A stretch of DNA of 64,000 bases, taken from positions 16,251 to 80,250 of the forward strand of contig CAYZXT010000009.1 of the NCBI GenBank assembly GCA_964482515.1, written 5' to 3'. Positions 7,164 through 15,622 of this stretch are shown one piece after another; positions within the stretch are counted from its first letter, which is position 1; each line of letters begins with the position of its first letter. This DNA comes from an uncultured Elusimicrobia bacterium. GTDB lineage: Bacteria > Elusimicrobiota > Elusimicrobia > FEN-1173. Made by a program: the position numbers and the translations under genes. Below the pieces are notes generated by a model. That model had not been told where the DNA came from. It saw nothing but the letters and a program-made list of their open reading frames with translations, and made no database searches.

Positions 7164-7910
7164 CTACCAGCCGCGGCCGGCGCCCCCGCCTCCGGAGCCG
7201 CCCCCGCCGAACCCGCCGAAGCCCCCGCCGAACCCGCCGTCGCCGAATCCACCGCGCCCGCCCCGTCCGCCGCTCAGGAGCAGCAACAGCAGGAACGGGT
7301 TGCGGATGATGACCGGCGCCAGCACCAGCAGCAGGGCGATGAACAAAAGGTTGGAGAGCCACCCGCCGCGCTTGGATTGCCGGCCCGCCGGCACGCCGCC
7401 GGTGAGCTCGACGCCCCTGTCCCGCGCCACGATCGACGCCACGGCCGACGCGCCCCGCAGGACGCCGCCGGTGTAATCGCCCTTTCTGAAAAAGGGCACC
7501 ATGTGCTTGTCCAGAATTTCGCCGGCGAGCCCGTCCGGCAGGACGCCCTCCAGGCCGTAGCCGGTTTCAATCCGGGCCCGGCGGTCGTCCACGGACACCA
7601 GGATCAAGGCGCCCCGGTCCGTGGCTTTATTGCCGATGCCCCATTTCTCGTAGAGCCCGGCGGCGTAGCTTTCGGGGTCGCTGCCGCCCAGGTCCTTCAC
7701 CGTGACCACGGCGACCTGCGCGTCCGCCTTGGCTTCCAGTTCGGATAAAAGCCCCGAGAGCGCGGCGGCGGCCCGGCCGTCCAGCACCCCGGCCGCGTCG
7801 GTGACGTAGCCCCGCGGGGCGGGATATTCGTCCGCGCGCGCGCCCTCCGCCGGAAAGAATCCGGCGAGGGCGAGCCCTAATAGCGCGGCCGTGAGTTTTT
7901 TGCGGGGCAG
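7164..7910 (-). CDS. TPM-domain (YgcG-like) membrane protein with a Gly-rich tail; probable CTG start
   Basis: The TPM core is YVTDAAGVLD...QVAVVTVKDLGGSDPESYAAGLYEKWGIGNKATDRGALILVSVDDRRARIETGYGLEGVLPD, followed by a TM segment and a GGFGG tail. The track starts at GTG 7787. The same frame upstream encodes a textbook signal peptide (M)PRKKLTAALLGLALAGFFPAEGARA if CTG 7910-7908 is the start. Confidence 0.75.
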   Translation of the reverse strand: MPRKKLTAALLGLALAGFFPAEGARADEYPAPRGYVTDAAGVLDGRAAAALSGLLSELEAKADAQVAVVTVKDLGGSDPESYAAGLYEKWGIGNKATDRGALILVSVDDRRARIETGYGLEGVLPDGLAGEILDKHMVPFFRKGDYTGGVLRGASAVASIVARDRGVELTGGVPAGRQSKRGGWLSNLLFIALLLVLAPVIIRNPFLLLLLLSGGRGGRGGFGDGGFGGGFGGFGGGGSGGGGAGRGW

Positions 7911-7931
7911 GTCGATTTTGCTACCGGCTTT

Positions 7932-8459
7932 CTATCGCGGTTTTCCGGGTTTGTCCGGATGCATGGGCCGTTCCACGTTGGACCGGACGGGTCGTTCCGT
8001 CTTCATCCGCTCGGGGCGCTCCATCTTTTCCATCCGCTCGCGCTTCTCGATCCTTTCGCGCTTCGGATGGTCGACGTTCTTCGCGTTCCGGTCCACGGCG
8101 CGTATTTCCTTGTTCAGCTCGCCGAGGCTGAGATCGTATTTCTTTGCGATCTCACCCCAGCCCATGCCGTCGTTACGCAGGGCCATGATCGTGTCCGTGG
8201 TCTGGCCGGACTTCTGGGAGATCGCCAGCAGGTGCGACGCCTCGCCCCAGCCCATTCCCGACGCGCGAAGGTCCTCCACCGTCTTTTTCTCCACGCCGAA
8301 GCGGGTGGACAGTTTCTCCACCTGCTTTTCGGTGATGGCGGGCTCTTGTTTCAGGGTTTCGTCTTTCACGGCGTCGTCGCTCCGGGCGGGCGCGGTCGAA
8401 AGCATGGTTCCCAACAGCAGGAACGAAAACATCACAGCCCGTTTGGTCTTTGAGATCAT
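7932..8459 (-). CDS. Exported protein with duplicated GMGWGE motif and a charged ER(M/I)EK repeat tail
   Basis: It has a signal peptide (MISKTKRAVMFSFLLLGTMLSTAPARS), two copies of (S/D)GMGWGE(A/I), and a C-terminal KRERIEKRERMEKMERPERMKTERP. I recognise no family. Confidence 0.55.
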   Translation of the reverse strand: MISKTKRAVMFSFLLLGTMLSTAPARSDDAVKDETLKQEPAITEKQVEKLSTRFGVEKKTVEDLRASGMGWGEASHLLAISQKSGQTTDTIMALRNDGMGWGEIAKKYDLSLGELNKEIRAVDRNAKNVDHPKRERIEKRERMEKMERPERMKTERPVRSNVERPMHPDKPGKPR

Positions 8460-8563
8460 AGGTCATTCTCCTTTGGTTCGGGCATTCCCGAGAATCTTTA
8501 TCCTAGCTATAAGACACCCGAGACCGCAATAAGGTAATTCATTTGATAGGATAGGAAGTCTCC

Positions 8564-9322
8564 ATGAATCGTAGAACAACCATTTCATCCTGTATTAACG
8601 GTCTTATTTTCGTTGCGGTTTTTTTTAGCCCGCTCCGTGGGGAAGAGATGAAGCTCACGCCCAGCCTGGGCTACGAATACGTCACCGGCCTGCACGGTTA
8701 CTACTCCCACGGCGCTACCGGCGGCCTGGCCTTCGCGCTGCCGAACCGCGACCGTTTCTCGGCCTACTTCTCCGTCCTGAAGGACCGGGACTACAGCCGG
8801 ATGCATTCCTTCAACTTCCAATATAAGAAGCGCATGGACCCGGACTGGAAGATCGGCGCTGGGCTGCTGCGCTCCAGCGGAAAAATAAAAGGGAGCGACG
8901 ACGACGGCGATTCGACCTCGCTCGATCTGAAATCCATCCACGCGCTGACGGACGCGATCGAGGGCACTTTGGGGTACCGCTACACGCGCGGTGTCCTGAC
9001 TGTTTTCCAGATGCGCGAAGTCGCGACCGGCGTGTCGGGGACGCGGATCGAGCCCTTCGAGGACCAAAACAAATTCAAGTCCCACACCTTCTCCGGCATT
9101 CTGGACCATTGGGCGCTTCTGGGGACCCGCAGCCTGTTCAGCGCCGTCACCCTGTCCGCCACCTATCACGGCTACGACGATTCCTGGACGCTGACCGAGG
9201 GGATTGAAGCTTCCTACGAATGGATGAAGGATTTGTTCGGAGGCGTCGCCTACACGCTGGCCCAGAACAAGGAGCGCGAAGAGGGCCGGTACGTCAGCTT
9301 CTCTCTCACGAAATACTTTTAG
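8564..9322 (+). CDS. Outer-membrane beta-barrel protein, unknown function
   Basis: It has an N-terminal hydrophobic signal, alternating aromatic/Gly strands, and ends ...RYVSFSLTKYF (C-terminal Phe). Confidence 0.55.
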   Translation: MNRRTTISSCINGLIFVAVFFSPLRGEEMKLTPSLGYEYVTGLHGYYSHGATGGLAFALPNRDRFSAYFSVLKDRDYSRMHSFNFQYKKRMDPDWKIGAGLLRSSGKIKGSDDDGDSTSLDLKSIHALTDAIEGTLGYRYTRGVLTVFQMREVATGVSGTRIEPFEDQNKFKSHTFSGILDHWALLGTRSLFSAVTLSATYHGYDDSWTLTEGIEASYEWMKDLFGGVAYTLAQNKEREEGRYVSFSLTKYF

Positions 9323-9491
9323 TTCCCGACGGGGTTTTTCCGCAAAAAGCCGATCCGTCTCTTTCGTCCATGAAACCTTCGCGCGTTCGGCCGGAAGACC
9401 GACCTTCTGGATTTGGATTAGGGGTAAGGCGGGCGCCCTACCTTTGAAGCTGCGTTTGAACGTCGCGGAACGGAACGTCCTGCGGCGTTTT

Positions 9492-11012
9492 TTATTTTTG
9501 GGGCTTCTTGAGGATGATGTAGGAAACGGCGCAGCGGTTGCGGCGGCGTCCGGCTTCCGTGTCGTTGCCGGCGAGAGGACGTTTTTCGCCGAAGCCCTTG
9601 GCCACCAGGCGCTTCGGGTCGATCTTGTAGTTGTTGATGAGATATTTCCGCACCACGTTGGCGCGGTGGCGCGAGAGCCTCATGTTGAAGCCGGCGGGAC
9701 CGTCGCTGCTGGCGTGGCCCTCGATGAAGGCCTTCGCCTCCGGGTGGGCCTTGAGGAAGGCTGCGATCTTCTTCAAATGGTCGTGCCACTCCGGCCGGAT
9801 CTTGAACTTGTTCTTTTCGAACTGCACGTAGAGGACGGCCTGCGTGCCGGCCGCCTTGACGGCGGTCCAGCCGGCGGGCGGCGAGAGCGTGGGCTTGGGC
9901 GCCGGTTTTGACGGCGCCGCTCCAGGCGGGGGCGTCGCGGGCGCGGGCGGGGCGAAGCCGGGGATGGTCCGCACGGGCGCGGTGGAAATGGCGGGTTCCT
10001 CTTCGTCTCCCATCGCTTCTTCCAGGGCGGCGGCGCTTGCCGTGGACGTTTCGATCATCTCCATGCCGTTCGCGGCGGCGGTGGATTCCGCGATTTCCTC
10101 CGGCTCGGGTTCCTCCTTGACCTGCTTCTTCCTGTAGCCGAAACGGTGGGCGACGAAAACGCTTGTGGCCAGGGCGTGCCATTCGCTCTTGCCCGCGCCC
10201 GCTTTCGCGAAATAGAAATAATCGCCGGACAGCCCGACGGAAAGGTGCCGCGTGACGAAGGACTCGATCCCCAGTCCGGCGCGCCCGGAAATGTTCTTGA
10301 GCGACTTCGAATCCGGGCCGCTCCCGGTCCCGAGCCCGAAGGACACCAGCGGCGTCCACTTCTCCCAGGGCTGCAGCACGCGCGTCGCCGCGAGGTGCAC
10401 GGCCTTGGCGCGGGCCGAACCTTTCATAGAAAGTTCGGCGTAGGAAACCCCGGCGCGCCAGCGCGGGGCCGTCGCGTAGGTGAACCCGCCCTGCCACTGG
10501 GTCTTGCCGTTGGTCGTGCGCTGGACCGCGCGGGGCCCGACGACGCTGACGGCGCCGCCCCCGATCCAGGTCCGCCACTTCGCGTTCGACGGCGGCTCCC
10601 ACTCCGGTTTTTCTTCCTTCCGCTTTTTCTTCTTCGCTTCCAGCGCGGCTTTCTTCTTGGCCTTCGCCGCGGCTTCCTCTTCCTTGCTGAGCGCGGGTTT
10701 CTCCGGCGCGACCGCTTCCTTCTTCACGGGAACCGCGGTTTGCTCCGGCGCGGGAGCATTGTTTTTCTGGAGATCTTTTTTCGCGGGGACCGGGGTCTTC
10801 TCTTGCACGGCGGGAGCGGCCTGGGCGGGCGCGGGCTCCTCGGGCTGTTCGACATCGTCCACCAGGGGCGCCGCGTCCCCGTCCGACGGGTCGAACCATT
10901 CCTCGCCGGTGATGGGCACGTCGAAGGAATCGGATTCGGCGGCGCGGAGCCCGGCGCAGGCGAAGACCGCCAGCAACATTAAGAGGACCGCGCGGCGGAG
11001 GAGGGCTACCAC
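9492..11012 (-). CDS. OmpA-like protein: signal peptide, Lys/Glu/Pro-rich spacer, small beta-barrel, Pro-rich linker, OmpA_C peptidoglycan-binding domain
   Basis: The C-terminus reads FEKNKFKIRPEWHDHLKKIAAFLKAHPEAKAFIEGHASSDGPAGFNMRLSRHRANVVRKYLINNYKIDPKRLVAKGFGEKRPLA. The start is reassigned to GTG 11012-11010 ((M)VALLRRAVLLMLLAVFACAGLRA), which overlaps the PorV-like stop. The track ORF start at 11294 lies inside the upstream gene. Confidence 0.8.
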   Translation of the reverse strand: MVALLRRAVLLMLLAVFACAGLRAAESDSFDVPITGEEWFDPSDGDAAPLVDDVEQPEEPAPAQAAPAVQEKTPVPAKKDLQKNNAPAPEQTAVPVKKEAVAPEKPALSKEEEAAAKAKKKAALEAKKKKRKEEKPEWEPPSNAKWRTWIGGGAVSVVGPRAVQRTTNGKTQWQGGFTYATAPRWRAGVSYAELSMKGSARAKAVHLAATRVLQPWEKWTPLVSFGLGTGSGPDSKSLKNISGRAGLGIESFVTRHLSVGLSGDYFYFAKAGAGKSEWHALATSVFVAHRFGYRKKQVKEEPEPEEIAESTAAANGMEMIETSTASAAALEEAMGDEEEPAISTAPVRTIPGFAPPAPATPPPGAAPSKPAPKPTLSPPAGWTAVKAAGTQAVLYVQFEKNKFKIRPEWHDHLKKIAAFLKAHPEAKAFIEGHASSDGPAGFNMRLSRHRANVVRKYLINNYKIDPKRLVAKGFGEKRPLAGNDTEAGRRRNRCAVSYIILKKPQK

Positions 11013-11932
11013 AGGCGCTGCCTCCCGAACCGGAGCGTGAGCGAAAGCCGGTGCGTTTGCCCCGCGTCGAAATCGCCCATGGGCACCCAGGCGTAATCCA
11101 TGTCGAAGGTTTCCCAGCGCCAGCCCCAGCCGGCGCTGATCCCCAAAGTGTTGGAGGTCTTCTCGGTGCGCGTGAGGTAGCCGGCGCGGAGGAAGAAGGC
11201 GCCGCGCACGCTGGAGAAGACCTTGTATTCCGAGCCGAGGCTGAAGGCGTTGCCCGCTTCCTGGGAGACGTCGGCGTCGAGGGCCACGATCCACGGCAGC
11301 TTGGGCCGCCAGGACGATCCGATCCGCAGGCTGCGGGGCAGCGGGCTGGCTTCGCGGTCGAACTGCAGCGCCTGGCCCACGTTGCGCACCGACAGCGCCG
11401 CGCCCCAGCGCAGCCGCTGATAGGAAATCCCCGCGTCCGCGGCCATGGCGGCGGCGGTGTCGACGATCTTGGACTGCACCATCTTCCCGGCCACGCCGAA
11501 GGCCAGCCTTCGCCCGAGCGTGTGGCTCCAGCCCACGGCGTAGGCCGTGTCGACGGGGGAGAAGCGCCCGAGCTCCCGGCCCGTGTCATCGGTCCGGCGG
11601 ATGGACGGATAAATCAGGGTCTGGGCGGAGAGCCCGAAGGTCCCGAGGCCCGTGGGGGCCGCGATGGAAAGGGATTGCTGCTGCAGCGAGGCGACGTATG
11701 CGCCGTACATGAAGGAGGCGGAGGGGCTCTTCATGCGGGCCAGCCCCGCCGGGTTCCAGAACATGGCGTTGGAATCATCGACGACGGCGGCCGCGGTCTG
11801 GCCCATGGCCACGTAGCGCGCGCCGACCCCCATGGTCAGGAATTCGAGGGAGGTGGACCCGGCCCCGCCCGCCGCCCGGACGGAGTCCGCCGCGAAGAGC
11901 AGGACGGCGAGGGCGAGGGAAAGGCGGCGCAT
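11006..11932 (-). CDS. PorV/PorQ-family outer-membrane beta-barrel
   Basis: Signal peptide MRRLSLALAVLLFAADSVRA, then LEFLTMGVGARYVAMGQTAAAVVDDSNAMFWNPAGLA (characteristic N-terminal motif of the family), ending ...LSLTLRFGRQRLW. Confidence 0.7.
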   Translation of the reverse strand: MRRLSLALAVLLFAADSVRAAGGAGSTSLEFLTMGVGARYVAMGQTAAAVVDDSNAMFWNPAGLARMKSPSASFMYGAYVASLQQQSLSIAAPTGLGTFGLSAQTLIYPSIRRTDDTGRELGRFSPVDTAYAVGWSHTLGRRLAFGVAGKMVQSKIVDTAAAMAADAGISYQRLRWGAALSVRNVGQALQFDREASPLPRSLRIGSSWRPKLPWIVALDADVSQEAGNAFSLGSEYKVFSSVRGAFFLRAGYLTRTEKTSNTLGISAGWGWRWETFDMDYAWVPMGDFDAGQTHRLSLTLRFGRQRLW

Positions 11933-11935
11933 CGG

Positions 11936-12868
11936 TTACCTTTGCACGGCGAGCTGCGTCGTGTGCTTCTCGCCGCCGCTGCGCAGGATCGCCAGGTAGA
12001 TGCCGCTGGCGACGAGGGTGCCTTCGTCGTTCCGCGTGTCCCACACCGCGAGCCCGGACGAGTCCGCGGTGAGCTCGCGCACCGCCCGGCCCGTGATCGT
12101 GTAGATTTCAATCTTGGCGCCGGCCGGGATGTTCGTGATCCGCATGATCGTGTCGCCGTTCTTCGGCATGAAGGGGTTGGGGTAGACGAAGGGATCGCCC
12201 ACGCCCGCGCCCGGCAAAACTTCCAGCGCGCGCAGGATCCCGACGGCGGGGGTCTTGACGGTGATCGTATCCGCCGCGGCGTCCCGCGTCGCGTTGTCGA
12301 AGGCGAGCCAGCGCGTTTCCTCCGGCAGGTAGCGCTGCAGGGACAGCCGCGACTCGTCCGTCACGCCGCCCAGCGCGGAGGCGTTGTAGAAGAACTCGTA
12401 GGTGATGGCGCGGCCCGGCGTGGCGACCGGCACGGTCCGGGTGCGGACGCCGATGGGCGTGCCGATGATCTGGTTCGTCCGTGAGACCGCGTCGGGGTAC
12501 GTCGCGGGGATGTCGGCGAGGAAGGTGACGCTCTGGGAGTAGGTCCCCGCCGGGACCGTGATGCAGACGCGGCCGAAGGTACGCTCCAGGCAGAAATAGT
12601 TGTCGACCGTGTTGTCCAGGTCGATGATGTCCGTCGAAATGGATTCGAAGCCGAGCAGCGCCTGCATGAACCCGACGCCGAGGACGTAGTTCCCGGTGGA
12701 GAGTAGGTTGGCGGAAGCGGGCTGGCTGACGCTCGCCGTCAGGCGGTAGGACGCCGACGCCGCCGCTCCGCCGCCGGCTCCCGCGTTCAGGGCGGGCTTG
12801 TTGTCGGCCGCGAAGGCGGGCCCGAACATCAGGGCCGGGAGAATCAGGATCAGAAATAATTTCTTCAT
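11936..12868 (-). CDS. Secreted protein with a T9SS-type (FlgD-Ig-like) C-terminal sorting domain
   Basis: It has a signal peptide (MKKLFLILILPALMFGPAFA). The C-terminus reads FVYPNPFMPKNGDTIMRITNIPAGAKIEIYTITGRAVRELTADSSGLAVWDTRNDEGTLVASGIYLAILRSGGEKHTTQLAVQR. Confidence 0.7.
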   Translation of the reverse strand: MKKLFLILILPALMFGPAFAADNKPALNAGAGGGAAASASYRLTASVSQPASANLLSTGNYVLGVGFMQALLGFESISTDIIDLDNTVDNYFCLERTFGRVCITVPAGTYSQSVTFLADIPATYPDAVSRTNQIIGTPIGVRTRTVPVATPGRAITYEFFYNASALGGVTDESRLSLQRYLPEETRWLAFDNATRDAAADTITVKTPAVGILRALEVLPGAGVGDPFVYPNPFMPKNGDTIMRITNIPAGAKIEIYTITGRAVRELTADSSGLAVWDTRNDEGTLVASGIYLAILRSGGEKHTTQLAVQR

Positions 12869-12890
12869 GAAGATCCTATGAAGCGGTCGT

Positions 12891-14150
12891 TTACTTTCCC
12901 GCCGCTTTTTCCAGTTCCGCGACCCGCGCGGAAAGTGCGTCGTGCTCCGCGCTCAGTTCCTTGATCGCGTTCAGCATGCTCCACAAAATCGGATCGCTCC
13001 CGAGGGTCAGGTAGCCGTTGGACGTGGTGCGCACCGCTTCCGGGATCACCTTCTGCACGTCCTGGGCGATGAACCCCACGTTTTCCGCGTCGCTCGGGAT
13101 GCGCAGGGGGTTGTCCGCCTTGTAGCGGTAGCGGACCGGGTTCAGCTGGAGGACTTCCCGCAGGCCGTAGGTGAAGGGCCCGGTGACGTCTTTCAGCCGC
13201 GCGTCGGAAAAGGTCTGCCAGGTCCCGCCGCCCGCCTTGCTGGCGTCGCCGTTGACGCTCAGCGCGAAGTCGGGCGAGACCGTGCCGATGCCGACCCGCC
13301 GGTTGGTGATGACGAAGGTGTCGTCGCCGATGGTCACGTAGGGGTCCGCGCCGTCGATGATGAACCCGCCGGAGCTGATGTGCAGCTTGGCGGCGGGCGT
13401 TGGCGTGCCGATCCCCACCATGCCGCCGGTCACCACGAAGGTGCTGAGCCCGACGCTCATGGCGCTGCCCTGCACCGTGAGGGTGGAAGCGCCCACGAGC
13501 GTCAATTGGGTCGCGTCCACGGGAGGCAGCAGGACGCCCGGCAAAAGCCGGACGAGCTGGTCGGGGCCGTTGAAGGTGTTGCCCTGCATGGTGAAGGTGT
13601 CCGTGTCGATGTCCACGTCCACGCCGTCGGGGTCCGCGCTGACCACGACCTTGAAGCGGTTGGTGAAGTTGATGAAGCTGACGTCCGGGTGGACGTTGCC
13701 GCCGTTCAGCCGGATCCCCAGGGGGTTCAGGAGCCCGGGCAGCGTGGTGACGGAGGAGGGGATGTCGGCGATCTTGTCCCACCGCACCGACAGGGCGCTG
13801 GGGGCCGACGACAACGGGTAGCGCGGTGAGATCACCTGGCCCTCGATGGCCACCTGCAGCCACTTGTCGTCGGAGAAATCGATGGTGCCGAGGGCCTGGT
13901 TGACGGAGCCGAGGAGCACGCTGTAGACGCCGTTCTCGTCCGGCGTCACGGTCTGGGTCTCGGTGAAAAGGGCCGTTCCGCCCGTGGCCGCGCCCCAGAG
14001 GGTGAAGACCACGGACGTGGGCGCCGTGATCGGAATGCCGTCGCCGTCGACCAGCCGGCCCTGGAAGTTGAAGGTCTCCAGCAGCGCGTGGGCGGGCAGC
14101 GCCGCGGCGAAGAGCAGGGAAAAGAAAAGCAGGGATTTGGATAGTCTCAC
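12891..14150 (-). CDS. Tail-fibre-domain protein with an intramolecular chaperone (peptidase S74-like) C-terminus, paralog 2
   Basis: Signal peptide MRLSKSLLFFSLLFAAALPAHA, then an N-terminal FNFQGRLVDGDGIPI...NGVYSVLLG module. The C-terminus reads WQTFSDARLKDVTGPF...NPVRYRYK...VGFIAQDVQKVIPEAV...ILWSMLNAIKELSAE followed by a coiled coil. Confidence 0.8.
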   Translation of the reverse strand: MRLSKSLLFFSLLFAAALPAHALLETFNFQGRLVDGDGIPITAPTSVVFTLWGAATGGTALFTETQTVTPDENGVYSVLLGSVNQALGTIDFSDDKWLQVAIEGQVISPRYPLSSAPSALSVRWDKIADIPSSVTTLPGLLNPLGIRLNGGNVHPDVSFINFTNRFKVVVSADPDGVDVDIDTDTFTMQGNTFNGPDQLVRLLPGVLLPPVDATQLTLVGASTLTVQGSAMSVGLSTFVVTGGMVGIGTPTPAAKLHISSGGFIIDGADPYVTIGDDTFVITNRRVGIGTVSPDFALSVNGDASKAGGGTWQTFSDARLKDVTGPFTYGLREVLQLNPVRYRYKADNPLRIPSDAENVGFIAQDVQKVIPEAVRTTSNGYLTLGSDPILWSMLNAIKELSAEHDALSARVAELEKAAGK

Positions 14151-14164
14151 GAAACGGCCTCCGT

Positions 14165-15451
14165 CTAACGATTTCTCAAAAGTTCAAGTTGCGCGATCCG
14201 GGCCTTCAGAGCCTCGTTGCGCGCGCTCATCTCTTTGATCGCGTTCAGCATGCTCCACAAAATGGGGTCGCTCCCGAGGGAGAGATAACCGTTCGGGGCG
14301 TCGCGCACCGCCTCGGGGACCACGTCCCGCACGTCCTGGGCGATGAACCCGATGTTGTCTTTGTCGGACGGCAGGTTCAGGGGGTTCCCCGCCTTGTAGC
14401 GGTAGCGGACGGGGTTCAATCGGAGGACGTCGTCCAGGGAATGGGAAAATGGCCCCGTGACGTCTTTCAGCCGCGCGTCGGAAAAAGTCTGCCAGGTCCC
14501 GCCGCCCGTCTTGCTCGCGTCCCCGTTGACGGCGAGGGTGACGTCCGGCGACGCGGTGCCCATGCCGACGCGCCGGTTGGTGACCACGAAGGTCTGGTCG
14601 TTGATGTTCACGAAGGGATCGGCGCCGTCCAGGATGAACCCGCCGGAGCTGATGTGCAGTTTCGCCAAGGGCGCGGTTCTCCCGACCCCCACCATGCCGC
14701 CGCGCACCGTGAAGTCGTCCCCCGCCACGCTCATGGCGGCGCCCCGCACCGTGAGGGTGGACGCCAGCAGCGTCAGCGACTGCGCGTTCAGGGAAGGCAG
14801 GGCGCCGGCGCCGTTCAGTTGCAGGAGTTGGTTGGACCCGTTGAACGTGTTTCCCTGCAGGGTCGCCGAGGACGAGTTCATCTCAATGTCGATGGTCCAG
14901 TAGGGCGGCCCGAGCGGAGAGGTCTGCGGCGAGAAGATGGTGGAGAAGTTGAGGAACCCAGGGTCCAGGTGGACGGTGGCGCCGTTCAGCTGGACGTAGA
15001 CGTCCCGCTGCAGTCCCGATCCGTAAAGGTGTTGAGGGGGAACGCCCGAGACGGCCTGCCATTCGGCGGAGAGGGCGTTGGGGACCGACGACAGGGACAG
15101 CCGCGGGGCGAGGACCTCTCCCTCCACGTTCACCTCGAGCCAGGTGTCCGATCCGAAGTAGACGCCCGTCAGCGTTTGGTTGAGGGACCCGATGAGGGCG
15201 GTGTAGACCCCGTTGGCGTCGGGGGCGACGGTGTGGGTCTCCGTGTAGACGGCGAACTCCTCCTTTTGCAGCGAAACCTCCGCCGTCGACGACTTCCAGA
15301 GGCTGAAGATCACGGTCCGCGGGGTCGAGACCGGGTCGCCGGCGCTGTCGGTCAGGCGGCCCTGGAAATTGAAATGGGGCGTAAAGGCGGCGGAGGCGGG
15401 GACGGCGAGGGCGAAAAGCGCGAAGAACAACAGCGATTTGGAAATTTTCAA
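14165..15451 (-). CDS. Tail-fibre-domain protein with an S74-like C-terminus, paralog 1
   Basis: It has the same architecture as 12891..14150: FNFQGRLTDSAGDPV...; WQTFSDARLKDVTGPF...IGFIAQDVRDVVPEAV...ILWSMLNAIKEMSAR. The start is placed at TTG 15451 ((M)KISKSLLFFALFALAVPASA) by analogy with the paralog; the track uses TTG 15475. Confidence 0.8.
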   Translation of the reverse strand: MKISKSLLFFALFALAVPASAAFTPHFNFQGRLTDSAGDPVSTPRTVIFSLWKSSTAEVSLQKEEFAVYTETHTVAPDANGVYTALIGSLNQTLTGVYFGSDTWLEVNVEGEVLAPRLSLSSVPNALSAEWQAVSGVPPQHLYGSGLQRDVYVQLNGATVHLDPGFLNFSTIFSPQTSPLGPPYWTIDIEMNSSSATLQGNTFNGSNQLLQLNGAGALPSLNAQSLTLLASTLTVRGAAMSVAGDDFTVRGGMVGVGRTAPLAKLHISSGGFILDGADPFVNINDQTFVVTNRRVGMGTASPDVTLAVNGDASKTGGGTWQTFSDARLKDVTGPFSHSLDDVLRLNPVRYRYKAGNPLNLPSDKDNIGFIAQDVRDVVPEAVRDAPNGYLSLGSDPILWSMLNAIKEMSARNEALKARIAQLELLRNR

Positions 15452-15622
15452 GACGGTATCTCCGGTGTCGCGCAAAGTGTGGTCCCCCGGGAAAGCGCCG
15501 GACGGGCGGTTGCGGGGCGAGCTGTATAAATATGTGCCTAGAAATGAATAAATTCAACGATTTGTTGATTTTGTTTGGGGGAGGGGGGCGGCGGGTTCGT
15601 GAATTCGGGAACGAACGGCGGA

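Noticed and set aside
7932-8070. Short periodic repeats CGCTC/CATCC in the 3' part of gene 7932..8459
   Set aside because: They correspond to the in-frame ER(M/I)EK(R/M)ERPER peptide repeat of the exported protein, so they are coding low-complexity sequence.
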